From Emiliania huxleyi CCMP1516 (taxonomy: Eukaryota): a DNA stretch of 64,000 nt. Positions within the stretch are counted from its first letter, which is position 1. The number at the start of each line of letters is the position of its first letter. Both the position numbers and the translations under genes were made by a program. Under the pieces are notes generated by a model that was not told where the DNA came from, made no database searches, and was given only the letters and a program-made list of their open reading frames with translations. Positions 15,401 to 27,550 of the stretch are shown here, piece after piece. The DNA lies in assembly GCF_000372725.1 (NCBI RefSeq), contig NW_005201392.1, positions 4,521-68,520 of the forward strand, read 5' to 3'.

Positions 15401-16612
15401 CGCAGGCGGACAGGAGCGCCAAGCACGCCCGGTGGGTCGCGGACACGGCGAGGCACGGTCCAGGGAGGAGGAGGGCGCCGAGGGCGACCCCGAGGCTCGA
15501 CGCCGAGCCAGGGCGGCCTCCAACGCTGCGCGCAAGGCCGCTTTCCGCGACCGCGGGTCCCAGCATGTCATCTCCAGCCCTGGGGTCCAGTACTCCTACG
15601 AGTGGCTTCGACCGTGGGCAGACAACTCGAGGCTGCTCGCCGCCATCGACACGGTCCGGCGCCGCCACCCGCCCGCCGGGGCGCGGCGCGAGTACTACGG
15701 CATGCTTTTCCATGGCATGAGGCTGCTCCGAGACAATATCTCTACCCACCCCGGACGCCGGCTTGTACATCGCTTTCCTCGCCTTGGCCAAGATGGTGAC
15801 TGTCAATCACGTGCGAGAGGGGGGCCGCGCGCGGTCGAAGTCGGAGATCCTCGGGCGAGTCCGCGCCGTTATGACGGGGGGCTCGAGGAGCAGGTCCGCG
15901 CGATGGTCTTGGAGTACCCCCTAGGGGCTCCGTCTGCGCCCCCCCAGAGGCTCGGTCTCTCTCGATCACCACGAATTCGTTTACCGGCCCGTGAAGCCGT
16001 CTGTTAGACTGATCGTGACCCGAAAGTCTATTAGTGCTTTTTCGCGGGAAATGTTTCTCAGCGTCGTCCGTCCGTTCCTCCCTTTGACGTCCCCGCTCCG
16101 GCGAGCATGGAAGACGCGTCGCTTCGTGTACGCCGCCGCGCCGTATCCGCTGCTGCGGGCTCCAGCGAGGCAGAGCATCCGCCCGTCCGGCGTCACCGGA
16201 CCGAGCCGCTCCCGCAGACTCGCCAGATCGTCAGGATAGTGTCGCACGAGGCACCGAGTACTCAGGTTTCGGCTGCTAGGTGTACACCGTACCATATGCG
16301 CCGGCATTGCTGAGCGCCCGCGACGGAATAGCAAACCTCCACTCTCAGCCATACCTCGCTCACCCAGGAAGATCTCCACTCCCTCTTCTTCCGGGCGACC
16401 TTCGCACGCAGGACGGCTTCCTCCCGCGCATGTCCCTCCGGCTCGACGAGACAGGAGGCGGTCCATCAGCCTCTCGGCGGTCCATCAGCCTCATCGTCCG
16501 GCGGCGGCCGCGGGCGGGATACGTCAAAACCACCACCATCTCCGTCGATCTGCGGCACCTTCTGCCGACGGTGCTGATCGGAGGGCTGTTGCTGCTACCC
16601 CCTGCCTCGGGC

Positions 16613-17845
16613 ATGACGCTGCCATTGTCGGCCGAGGAGCTGAGCGCCCTTGCCCGTGCGGTGGACACGGCAAATGCGGCTGGCCTGCTCGACACGCCCA
16701 GCGCCGAAGGCACCTGCTTCAGCCACGACCTGCTCGCTTGGTCGGTGGAGGTGGTAGTGCTCTCCGCAATTTGCGCAGCCCTTATTGCTGGCGCGTCCCA
16801 CTCTCGGTATGTGCAAAGGTGTTCCAGAGAACGCTCTCCTTCAGCTCGAGGGTGCGCGTCCAGCAGGGCGGGAGCGGCGGCGACGTGGCGGAACTCGGGG
16901 ACGACGACGACTGGGACGACCGCGTCCTCACGGTTGGTGTCGAGGGGGCGTCCAAGGCTGCGACCGCAATCGCGCTCTCTGCCGCCCTCGTGCTGGCCAC
17001 GCTCTTGCTCACGCTGGGGGCACGCCCTGCCGGCCGGGCAGCCCGCCCCGGAGATCGCGCGATACGTTGCAAGCGTGATGTGATATAGGAGTACCTCGTC
17101 AGCGGAGTCGTCCTCGCCGCGGGCAGCGGCGCGAGCTTTGTTGGGCTGCTGTGGGTGTGGAATGCGGTGCTCAAAGGTCAGGAGCTCGACTGGACTCGAT
17201 GCACGATGCCCTCACTTCTCGCTGCCGGCTGCGCCCTGCTCTCCACCCTGCTGCTGCTGCTGCTGCTGCGAAAGGTTGTTACATTTTCCATCTTCGCCGT
17301 CGGCGCTGCGGCCGGCGTCGTCGGGGCTCTCTCCCTCCGCTCATTCCTCTACGCCGAGAACCCGGCACGCTGCGTTGTTCTGCGCCGCGCCCGCGGCAGC
17401 TCGGTGCAATCTTGGTCTCGTGTCATTCGCTCCAGGCGCTGGTCGACGACTCCGACTTCTCAACCTTCTTTGTCGGCCTCACCGCCGCCTCCGGGCTTGC
17501 CTGCGGCGTCATCGCCGTCTGCCTCGAGCGTCCGGTCCTGCTCCTCGCGTCGTGCTGCATTGGCGGGTGCGAGTGTCGCAAACACCGTCTCCATTTGGTG
17601 TATACTCGCTACTGCTAGCACGCAACGGACCACCAACCATCCGTCCCAGGTACGCCTTCGCCGTCGCTGTCTCCGGCCTTGTGTCCCTCCGCCATAACGA
17701 ACCCCTCGCAGCGTGGGCCTTCCTGCTGGTGGCATTGCTCGCAGCCACAACGGGTCTGATCGTACAGGTCTGCGTAACCCGCGTGCGATGCGGCAAGAAG
17801 AGGGAACCCAAGGGTCACACGCGAATGATGAAGTCGAAAGCGTGA
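16613..17845 (+). CDS. Multi-exon polytopic membrane protein, DUF4203 (TM7S3/TMEM198)-like
   Basis: Successive small-residue hydrophobic helices (VTFSIFAVGAAAGVVGA; GLACGVIAVCLERPVLLLASCCIG; LLVALLAATTGLIVQ) and a basic C-tail; start uncertain. Confidence 0.5.
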
Positions 17846-18751
17846 TGGAAAGCAGGGCGTGGCCGCCTTTTTGGCCACCCACCCTCACCACCTCCAAAAT
17901 GAGAAGTGACCCGAGCCGCCGGGTGCCCCGCAGCGGCCTCGCTGGACCAGAAGAACCGGTCCGCGAGTGCTCCGCAGCAACCTCGCTGAGCCAGAACGTC
18001 GGCTCGCGAGAGGTGGGGTGCTAGTATGAGCCCGACCCAGGTCGTAGTGGTTCTTGCTCCCAGGACCCAGCGCTTGTGCGCTTCGGCGGTTAGTGGTGCA
18101 CTAACCTCCGAGAAACCCATCGGGTCGCTCCTCATCGCAGACCCTGTCAGCAGTCCTCCTCCGGGAATGTACGAGTACGTAAGAGCTACATACACTCCAT
18201 CGCTTCGGTGAAGGGGGTGAACCGCGCCATCCTCGATCGCCGTGCAAAGCTCGCTTCCGAGCTCTCACGCCGCGCGTAGGGCCCTTAGGGGCCTAGAGAA
18301 CACCACCCCCTCTCTCTTTCTCCCACTAAGCTGAAAACGACCCCCCCCAATGAACACACCAGTGAGGGAGGGCGAGACGATCGAGGGGTCCCGTACCATG
18401 CGGAATCGACCCTATCCAGTGCTCAAGTGCTCAAGAAAACGTACACTGAAAATCGCCTCTCTAAACATCGCGGAACACCTTCGAAGCATCAAGAGTCCCC
18501 CCCAGAACTATGTGTAAACCCCGAATTCTTGATGAAGTGTCGAGGCACGCGCACGCGAAACGCGACGTGCAGGGCACCCCCTACCTCGACCGAACTGGTG
18601 ACAAAGCTCCCCCCGTCTGCGCATTGGCCCTGCTCGCTGCGAGCAGCCCCTGCAACGCCGCCCCCAGCCGCACCCGCCCTCGCGGGGGCCTCTGACCCCA
18701 GTGGTCTGCGCGCTCGGCCTGCGCAGGACAGAGTGCCCGAGAGGATCTAGC

Positions 18752-19569
18752 ATGGCAAAGAACCATGACTTGCATGCGCGGCGGTGGAGGAGTCGCGAGA
18801 GCCTGCCCAAGCTGCCACTCTCCGCCTGCTTCGGGCGTGCCGCCGACGGCTCCCTCGAGTCCAGCAGCCGCGAAGTGCTGCAGCAGTTCCGGCTTGAGTG
18901 CCTCGCTGAGGCGCGATCCTCTGTGCAGTCCTTCTTGCAGCGGGAACGCGAGCTGATGGCGCGGCTTCCCGGCTCGCTCGGCGGCGCCAACGAGGAGGCC
19001 GCTGCCCTCTTCTCGGAGGTGGCCGCCTTCCGCGCTGCGGCCCTGCGCGAGCGGGCGCGGTTGCAGGTGGCATCTCTCCCTCACGCCGCCTTGCCCCACC
19101 CCCCCTCCCTGTCCGCGTTCGCTCCCCTCCCCCCTCCCCCTCACAACACTCTCTGCCCGTGCAGCGCGTTTGCTGGGCCTGTGACGGCATGCTGCGGGAG
19201 CGGCTGCAGCGCACGAGCAGCCCGGGCAGCGGCGTGGCAGCGGCCGACGTCAGCGGCGGCGCCAGGCCTGATGCGGACGCGGACCCCTCACCGCTCGTGG
19301 AGATGCTCGCGTCGGACCCTTCCTTTTGCGCTTTTGACCTGTCGCTGCAGCATTCGCTGCTCTTTGAGGAGTTGGCACGGTGGCAGGAGGCGGACGCGCG
19401 GACACGGCTGGCGCCAAAGTCGAGCAACCGCATGATCGCCGCCTCTCCGTCAGCCAGCGCTTCCCCCCTCTTGCCCCTCTCGCCGCAGCCGCCCGTGCGG
19501 CGCGCTTGGTCAAGGCGGCTAGACTACGGCGGCGGCGAGGGGGACGACATCTTTGAGTGGCGAGGCTAG
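18752..19569 (+). CDS. Hypothetical helical protein, two exons (intron ~19067-19164)
   Basis: ATG at 18752; coding-like frames joined by a CAG|GT...GCAG intron; no recognisable domain. Confidence 0.4.
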
Positions 19570-20311
19570 CGGCGGGGATCGCGCCGCCCCCAGCGCTTTG
19601 CATGTAGCGTGCGCGGTCCGGCGGGGCGGGATGTTGACGCTGGCACGGGCCGGCGCACATAAGGTGGCGGAGATGAGCTTTGGCTTTTGCAGAGTCAGTG
19701 CTCCCCTGAGCATGAGCATGACTGATGCACCAGCATGAAACTGGTGAAGACGATGGTACAATGGGTCGTGTTGTGCAGTGCACATCTCTGTGCTCTCTGT
19801 GGACCCAAGCTGCGCACTGGAGAGAGCGTGATGGGTGTTCGCGATAAGACCAAGAGCCACATACACCCATACGCCGGGAGAACAGCACACCGCACCCGTC
19901 GACCTGCCCTTAACGGTAACAGAATGCGGCACGCGCCGCGCCGCTCGCGTGTCGCGAGCCACGCGGCCATCGTTCTCGCTACTTCACCCCACGGCTGCTC
20001 TTTCCCGCGCGCACGCCAACGCTCTCCACACAGCGCCGCGCGCTGCCCGCGCACCCGAGCGTCACACATGTTGGTCGGGGCGAGAGAGTGGGGGAGAGTC
20101 ACGACTCGAGCTTTGATGCGCATCATTCGAGCTTTTCTCCGCGCTGTCGGCGCCCACCAGCGACTTTCGCTCAGCGGCGTCCGCATCCGGACACCACGAG
20201 GTGCAGCAATCGATCGGCAAGGCGTTCCCTACGGAGCAAGAGGGAGAGACGCTGCGGAAACGGAGAGGGGACAGCGACGGCGTCGTCGAGCGGCAAGGCG
20301 GAGCCCCTTCC

Positions 20312-22042
20312 CTATCCCATCTTCTCCCAGCCAGCGACCAACTGCAGCGGCTTCTTCATCTCAGGCGGACGCGGGCCACGAGGTGGCGGCGGAGGCAGCG
20401 GTGGGGGTGACAGCGGAGGGGGTGGCGGCGGAGGCAGCGGTGGGGGTGGCAGTGGAGGTGGTGGAGGTGGCGGAGGTGGCGGTGGTGGCGGAGGTGGCGG
20501 AGGTGGCGGAGGTGGACTGGCAGCAAGCAGACGGCCGTGGTTGGGCCACGCCTCGTAATCTCGGGTAATCTCGGGTAATCTCGGGTAATCTCGGGTGTGC
20601 CTCGCGGCCACACCTCGGCGGTTGCATCTCGGCTGCCCCCGCACGCGAGGACCACCCCCGTGCCGAGTGCGTGGGCCTCTCCACTCTCCTCTCTCACCGT
20701 AGAGCAGGATTGCCAGCCCGACGAGGCACACGCCAAAGACAAACGTGGGGGTGATCTGAAAGTCGAAGAGAAAATACCTGCGCGGAGGGGCCGCAGCGTG
20801 TGAGCAGACGCCGCCCACGGCGAGCGGCGGCGCGTGGCGGGCGGAGCGCACGAGGCGACGGAGGAGACGATGATCGCGACCGCCTGCGCGAACCCGCGCA
20901 CCTAGTACCATACCTCCGCAGTATCGAACCCAGCCTGGGTTCGGTCCCGTGGGTGGTGCGGTCTCGCGCACGATGTTGTCGGCGTACTTGATCGTGATTG
21001 CGACGAGCAAGCCGCCCGCGACGTTCATCATGACGGTCGCCCACGTGTAGGCCCCGAAGCCGTGCAGCCACCCCTCGCTCGCGCGCGCCGCGTCCTCCTC
21101 CTGCAGCACCGTCGCCGTCGCGACGAGCCCGCAGTAGATAGCGAGCTGGATGTTGCGCAGCCTGTTCACAGCTACGGGTGTGAAGAGACGCTGTTCATAG
21201 TAGATAGCGAGCTGGATGTTGCGCAGCCAGAGCGACGGCTTCCGCGACCCCTTGAGCATCCGCTCAAAGTAGACGGAGGCGAAGGAGGTGCACAGCGCCG
21301 CCGTCAGCATCGCCACGATACCGAGCGCGACATCCGAGCCCATCGCATGTGCGCTCGGAGGCACTGCCGCGGGAGCGCCGGCGCCGGCCGCCAACTGGCG
21401 ATCCAGAAGCGGCGGAGGAGGCACTGCGGGCGGGTGGCCCGGGTGGCCCTTGCTGCCGTGCCCCTTGAAGAGCATCTTCGGTCCGGCGCCATAAGGGCTG
21501 GAGAGCAGCCTGCCGCCCGCCATACCGCTGCCCCTCGCAGGCTCGGCCGCGTACTTCTCCAGCAGCTTGGAGAGGATCCCCTGCACTGAGATGACGCCGA
21601 GCACGAGGCTCGAGAGGCCGGCCCACTGGGACAGGCCGAGCTGCTTGCCGAGCAGGGCGATGGAGAAGAGGGCGGTGAAGAGTATCTTGGTCTGGTACGT
21701 CACGTGCGCCACCGCCGCGTCCAGGTGCGACAGCCCGATGAACAGGCAGTTGTTTTGCACCGTGTAGAGCACCGCAGGGATGCCGAGCTGCACCCACTCC
21801 ATGGCATTCTCGCGCAGGTCGGCGCGGATGGCGCGAATCGCCTCGAGCGGCCCACCCGTCTCGTGCATGTACAGTCCCATGCTCAGCAGCAGCTTGACTC
21901 CCTCCTGCACCAGCACCGCCACGCGGGTCGAGTACGGCGTGCCCGGCACGTTGCGCGACAGCTTCATCAGCAGGACAACGCCCGCATTCTGGAATATGAA
22001 GATGGCGAGCGCGCCCCACTTGAGGGCAGCCGCGCTCGGCAT
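20312..22042 (-). CDS. SLC35A-family nucleotide-sugar (UDP-Gal/CMP-Sia-like) transporter, multi-exon; 3' end uncertain
   Basis: VAVLVQEGVKL, IPAVLYTVQNN, VTYQTKILFTALFS, FASVYFERMLK, SLWLRNIQL, GGLLVAITIKYADNIVRGFA. Confidence 0.9.
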   Translation of the reverse strand: MPSAAALKWGALAIFIFQNAGVVLLMKLSRNVPGTPYSTRVAVLVQEGVKLLLSMGLYMHETGGPLEAIRAIRADLRENAMEWVQLGIPAVLYTVQNNCLFIGLSHLDAAVAHVTYQTKILFTALFSIALLGKQLGLSQWAGLSSLVLGVISVQGILSKLLEKYAAEPARGSGMAGGRLLSSPYGAGPKMLFKGHGSKGHPGHPPAVPPPPLLDRQLAAGAGAPAAVPPSAHAMGSDVALGIVAMLTAALCTSFASVYFERMLKGSRKPSLWLRNIQLAIYYEQRLFTPVAVNRLRNIQLAIYCGLVATATVLQEEDAARASEGWLHGFGAYTWATVMMNVAGGLLVAITIKYADNIVRETAPPTGPNPGWVRYCGGMVLGARVRAGGRDHRLLRRLVRSARHAPPLAVGGVCSHAAAPPRRYFLFDFQITPTFVFGVCLVGLAILLYGERGEWRGPRTRHGGGPRVRGQPRCNRRGVAARHTRDYPRLPEITRDYEAWPNHGRLLAASPPPPPPPPPPPPPPPPPPPPPLPPPPLPPPPPPPLSPPPLPPPPPRGPRPPEMKKPLQLVAGWEKMG

Positions 22043-22389
22043 GGCCCCCCAGCGGCAAAGTTCGGGACGCGGTACACAGCTCGCGCCGGGCCTTGTGTGG
22101 GATGCTCAGTCCTCGTATACTGTGCAGCGTGGTAGTTCTTTTACTTTTTTCCAGCCTGGACCAGACAATACCTTACCTAACCACTGTTCTTCAGTACATA
22201 CATACATACCACGTAGCCTCGCGATCATCCAGCGTACCGCGCCCCCCCACCAAGACACGACAGCACGTCCGAATCAGCTGCATCCGAATACCGGTACGGC
22301 GGCGGGGGGTACGATGGCATGTAAAAGCGGGATTCACCCGGCTCCCGGGTCCGCCCCGCCTCGCGGACCTCGCACACCTCTACCCCTAG

Positions 22390-24718
22390 CTCTACCCCAG
22401 CGAGTGCCGCCGCGGCAGCGCCCGCCGCGGCTCCTGCGGCTCGGGCACGCGCCGCACCACACCAAGGTCGAGCGGCTTGGGCGGGGGGGCGTCTCGGTGC
22501 GATGCGACGCCGTGCATGACGCTCGAGGGGGAGGGCATCCCGTGCTGCGCCTTTGGGAAGGTGAAGGCGTCCTCGTACCTGTGGACGTGTCAGGGGACGC
22601 GTCAGGGACGCGTCGGTGGTGGGTGGTGGGTGGGTGTGTGGGGGGGGGGGCTGGCAAATCTTTGCGAGCAGAGTGGAGGCGGAGCTGTCGACGGGGAGTG
22701 TGTGGCACGGGCGGGTGGGGCAGACAGCGCGGTGAGCCAGGAAGGGTGTGTCTCGGAGACAGCGCGGTGAGGGAAGAGGGCAGCCAGGAAGGAAGTGTCT
22801 CGGAAGCGTCCTCGTACTCGAGCTCGTCTCCGAGCGCGAACAGCAAAGTCGGAGGCGTCGACGGCACCTGAGGTAAGGGAGAAGCGGGGCCCGCTGATCT
22901 CCCGGTGATCTCGGGCAATCTCGGCTATCTCGGGCGTAGAAGCGGGACCCGCTGGCTCCAAGAACCCCCACGCCGCAGCAAAAACCCACACACCGCTGCC
23001 ACGGCCAGAGCCAGCAGAGTCGCAGGCCAGAGCCAGGGGGGGGAGGGGAGGGGGGGGGGGGTTCAGCGAGGCTAAGCAAGCGCCATTCGGCGAGGAGAGA
23101 GGAGAACCAAGGAGCGGCTGTCAGGCTGGATCTCGGCGATCTCGCGCCGGCTCTGCCGTCGGCTTGAGCAGCGGCGAGCCGTCCAGCTCTCGGCCCTCCT
23201 CCGCTGTGACGATACGCTGCAGCACGTCGAAGATGATGCCGTTGCAGCTCGACGTCTCGGCGCTCACGCACTGCACCTGTGATCTCGGCGAATCTCGGAT
23301 GACCTCGGGTATTGGGGTAGGACTCTCGAGTACACGGGCGCACTCTCTTCTTTCTCTTCTCTCCCATCTCTCTCTTCTTTTTCTGTTCTCTAATCTCTCT
23401 CTCTCGCCTCTCTCCTCTCTCTCTTCTCCCTCTCTCCTCTCTCTCTCTCTCCTCTCCCTCTTTTCTCATCCCTCTCCTCCATTCTCTCTCTCTTCTGCAC
23501 CCGCTCGCCCAGCACGGGCGCGCCTGGAAGGGGGGAAAGGGAGGAGGAGCGGGTCGGCGAGGGCGCGCGAAAAAGGGGGGGGCGTGCCTCGCTGTCTGTC
23601 TCCTCTCGACTGTCTTGTGCGTGATCTTGGGGAGACGGGCCGCGGGCTGTTGTTGGGCGGCGCGAGAGGGCGGGCGATGCGACCCTGCAGGGTGGGGAGA
23701 TCTGGGGAGATCTGGGGAGATCTGGGGAGACGCTGCCAGGCGCGTACACCACTGCCACAGCGCCGAGGGTGGGGGGGGCGCGCTGTCACAGGGCGAGGGA
23801 CATCACACAGCGCGACGGGGCCTGACACACGGCGTGTAGGGGGAGGGGGGGGAGGGGGGGGGGGGCTGCGAGAGTTGCTCGCCGAGGAGCTTGAGCCCTC
23901 GCAGCCGGCACACGACGACGGCGACGCCCTCACTGGCGGCGAGGGGGGGAGGGGGGTTGAGGGGGGCGGCCAAGGCGGCGGCGGCATGGGTGGGGGTGGC
24001 GAGGGAGGCGGCGACGGTGGAGGTGCGGCGGCGAGGGCCTCTGCAGTGACTTGAGCGCGGACTGCCCGCCGATGATGGCGGTGCGCTGCCGTTCGAAGAG
24101 GTCGAAGGCCCACGAGGGCTGCAGCCGCCCGCCGCACCCGATTGCGTCGGGGTGCACAGTCACGCACAGCTCGCGCTGGCGGGACGTGGCCAGCGGCTCG
24201 CAGCGCGCAAACTGTGGCGTGGGCGTGCGGTTCTCGCGCAGGCACGCCATCAGCGGCCGGTAGAGCGGGTGGCCGGGCCGCGGGACGTCGAGGCCGGCGA
24301 GCGCCGCGCCGGGAGGCTTGGAGTAGCTCATGACGCTCGTGTTGCACACGTCGGGCTTGCTGCAGTCCTCCGACGAATCGGCAACCCACGCGTGCAGCAG
24401 CCGCACGACGCCAGACTCCTCCTCGCACGCCGCCGGTGGGCAGAGGAACGTGACGACGTTGATACTCTCGCCCCACCTGGCGGGCCTGCCAAAGATCATG
24501 CTCTCGACGCTGCTCAGCACCAGCGGACTCCCTGCGGCCTCGCTCGCGGCCCGCTCGTTGTACTTGACGTACTGCGCGTAGTAGAGGAAGGCGTAGGCAT
24601 CGACGTCAGACATGCCGGCGGTGAGCTCGAAGGTCGACCTCGCCGGAGTGCTGGCTGCGTCCACCGCGCCCAGGCGGCGCGGGGGCGCGGGCGAGACGGC
24701 GGCGGGACCGAGCAGCAT
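22390..24718 (-). CDS. Double-hotdog (4HBT/YbgC-like) thioesterase-superfamily protein, multi-exon; 3' exons uncertain
   Basis: SDVDAYAFLYYAQYVKYNERA resembles the 4HBT D-D...Y..Y.E motif; second repeat has DLFERQRTAIIGGQ; paralogous to 55602-56602. Confidence 0.6.
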
Positions 24719-24869
24719 ATCTTAGCGAAGTTGGCTCGTTAATGAAGTTCTGCGATGACACCACGCTCCCACCTCTGCTTCACCTTCCTTATCACCCTGA
24801 TGAGGCGTATCTAGCACCAACGGCTTGAGGCCGGGTAGCGCAGCGTGGCTTGGCCACGGGTTGTCGTGC

Positions 24870-25092
24870 TCGTCGTGCTGAACGTCTCGCGCAGGTCGGG
24901 CACGCGGAAGTCGGCCTTCTCGTCGCCGACGCCGAGGTAGGATTCCTAGCCGCGGTTGGCCTCGGCCGAGCCGAAGGCGCACGCGCGCTCGGCCTCGGGT
25001 GGCAGCTCGAAGAACTTGGCACTCTCACCCCACGCACTCTCGGTGAGATTGGGTGGCAGGCCGTGATTGACGAGCGTCACAAAGCCAATGAG
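24870..25092 (-). pseudogene. 2OG-Fe(II) dioxygenase N-terminal (DIOX_N) fragment with in-frame stop
   Basis: GFVTLVNHGLPPNLTESAWGESAKFFELPPE...ANRG*ESY...PDLRETFS. Confidence 0.65.
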
Positions 25093-25699
25093 CAATGTCC
25101 TTTGGCCTTTATACGTTATTCTTCCGATTCTATATTCTTTTTCGAAGCGATTTTTAGCGATTTTCAGCGGGAATATAAAGAATATTTGAGAATATAGGCC
25201 CGATTTGGAGCTGTATTCTTGGCATATTCGAGAATATAGACCCTGTTTGGGATCTCCATGTGGGCGGTGTTGTGCAGATGATACCACACGGGGGGTGACG
25301 GGTGAGAGGCGCGCCCTGCAGCCTGCTGCCGCCGCACAGCCTCGCCGCTCCTAGTTGAGCGCCACTTTGCGCAGGCGCGGGCCGAGGTCGTCGGCGCCCT
25401 GCACCGCGCCCTTGAGCAACAAAAAAAATTTCGGAGGACAAGGCGGACGCACACGCACGATTCACACGACAGACAAGGCGCAGAGGACGGCTTCCTGTAG
25501 AAGCCGTCGTCCTCGCCACAAAAGCCGCCGACCGAACACTTCAAAAAAGAAAATCGATTGGCGCGCACTCGCACTCACACAGGTGCAGCGACTCAGGAGG
25601 CTCCTCGGTGTGACTCCCACGCCGAGGCGCAGGCGGCCTCCCCGTCCCGCTTGCCAAATCAAGCACTAACTCATGCCCCCGCGCCCCCGCCCGGGGTTG

Positions 25700-27550
25700 C
25701 TACAGGGCCGCAAGGCCAAAGTGCTCCCGCCCATTCACCATCGGCGCCAGTGCCTCCCATACGTTCAAAGCCGGATCGTACCGCTCCACTGACTTGGCAG
25801 CCCCATCGCCGTCGCCTCCTGCCGCATACAGCTTGCCATCGAGGACCGCGACGCAGTGGTTTCTCCGCGCCGTCGCCATCGGTGCAATCTTTTCCCACAC
25901 GTTTGCAGCCGGGTCGTACCTTTCCGCCGAGCGGAGAGGGAGGTGATTCCAAGATTCACCGCCGACCGCGTAGAGCTTGCCGTCAAGGGCGGCCATGCCA
26001 GGACAGGCCCGCGCCGTCCTCATCGGTGCGACTCGCTCACAGCGCGGACGGCGAGGGAGGGGCTCAAGCTCCTCGTCGGAATCGATATTCGGGGGCCTCC
26101 AAGGTGGCTCTGGATCCAAGCGTGCAGCGGGATCGTACTGCTCCACGGCGTTAAGGTACGTGTCGTCTCCTCGCATATAGCCACCCACAAAGTAGACTTT
26201 GCCGTCGAGCCCACCCACGCCAACATTGGACCGTTCCATGAGCCAAGGCATCAGGGGAAATTCCCATTCATCCGTTGCCGGGTCATAGCGCTCAACCGAT
26301 CTCCCGCCCACCACATACAACTTGCCGCGAAGCGCAACAGCTGCGATACGCCGTGTCGTAACTTGTCTCATCGGCGCCATGGTCTGCCACACATCCGCAT
26401 ACGGGTCGTAGCTTTCGACCAAATTGATGTCTCTGCCGTTCGAACCCCCTAGCACATACAGCTTGCCGTCGAGCACCGCCACAGCATGCTCGCATCTCGC
26501 CCCGCCCTCGCCGAACCAACCGCGTGCTCTCACTGACGTCACCAGTGTCCACGAGTTCGTAGCAGGATCGTATGTTTCCACTGAGCTCAGCAGCTGAGTC
26601 CCTGGAGTGCACCCAGCCACCGCATACAGCCTAGTCTCGCCGCTGCGTCGCTGCGGTAGCGTGGCGCTCAGGGTGGCCTCGAGAAGTAGGTTCCTGCACG
26701 CCAGAGTGTCAAACAGCGGATCTGCCAACACCACCTCCCTCAAAAACGCCCGCGGGAGGCGCGCAAACCGCACCCGCCTCAGTAGCTCCGCCGATTCCGC
26801 CTCGCCGAGCGGCGGATCGCGCGCCCGAACCCACGCCACGCCGGCGCGGTATACGTCCTCCTCGCGAGCGCGCAGCCGGTCGTCCTCCAGCAGCGAGCGG
26901 ACGATCCGCGCCGGCGCCGCCGCCCACGACTCGCCGCCCAAAACCACGATCTCATGAAACTCGTCTCGCGCCGCCTTGGCCGCAGCCTCTGCGAGCCATG
27001 GCAGCCGCCCGATGCGGTCGGCGACCTGCCAAACAGCGATGGCATTGGAAGCGGAGAGGCGCTTACCGCACGCCGCCGCTGCTGCCTCCAGAAGCCCGTC
27101 CATCTGCAGAAAATCCGCGCCCTCGAGCACCTCGACGAGCGCCGTTTCGTCCACAACCTCTGCCTCACCGGCGTAGACATACTCGAGGCATGCTCGGAGG
27201 CAGGCAGACGAGAAAGGTATGCCGTGCGGCTCTGCGCCGTTGCCGTCCGCCCACGTTCCCGACCAGGTCTTGAAGTACTTGCTGGCGCCCACCAGAATGA
27301 TCGCATGCGCAGGGATGGCTGGGCCGTCCGATGGCTTCAGCTTCACGTCGCAGCGCTCTCCGGCGCGGAACTTTTGGACAACGTCGGGCTGCTGCTGGTG
27401 ACCTCCGCTGAGGAGGATGGGAGCCGCGGGCGGCGAGGCGGCGGCGGCGGCGCGGGAGCGTTTGAGCGAGAGCATTACCCACAACGGAGCTTGGGGACGT
27501 CCGGGTCCGGCCCGCAAAAGTCCAAGTTCATCCAAGTTGACGTCCTCCAT
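25700..27550 (-). CDS. BTB-BACK-Kelch protein (KLHL-like), intronless; start approximate
   Basis: CDVKL...IPAHAIILVGASKYF (BTB), LRAREEDVY (BACK), repeated GKLYAVGG...SAERYDP...W (Kelch). Confidence 0.92.
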   Translation of the reverse strand: MEDVNLDELGLLRAGPGRPQAPLWVMLSLKRSRAAAAASPPAAPILLSGGHQQQPDVVQKFRAGERCDVKLKPSDGPAIPAHAIILVGASKYFKTWSGTWADGNGAEPHGIPFSSACLRACLEYVYAGEAEVVDETALVEVLEGADFLQMDGLLEAAAAACGKRLSASNAIAVWQVADRIGRLPWLAEAAAKAARDEFHEIVVLGGESWAAAPARIVRSLLEDDRLRAREEDVYRAGVAWVRARDPPLGEAESAELLRRVRFARLPRAFLREVVLADPLFDTLACRNLLLEATLSATLPQRRSGETRLYAVAGCTPGTQLLSSVETYDPATNSWTLVTSVRARGWFGEGGARCEHAVAVLDGKLYVLGGSNGRDINLVESYDPYADVWQTMAPMRQVTTRRIAAVALRGKLYVVGGRSVERYDPATDEWEFPLMPWLMERSNVGVGGLDGKVYFVGGYMRGDDTYLNAVEQYDPAARLDPEPPWRPPNIDSDEELEPLPRRPRCERVAPMRTARACPGMAALDGKLYAVGGESWNHLPLRSAERYDPAANVWEKIAPMATARRNHCVAVLDGKLYAAGGDGDGAAKSVERYDPALNVWEALAPMVNGREHFGLAAL

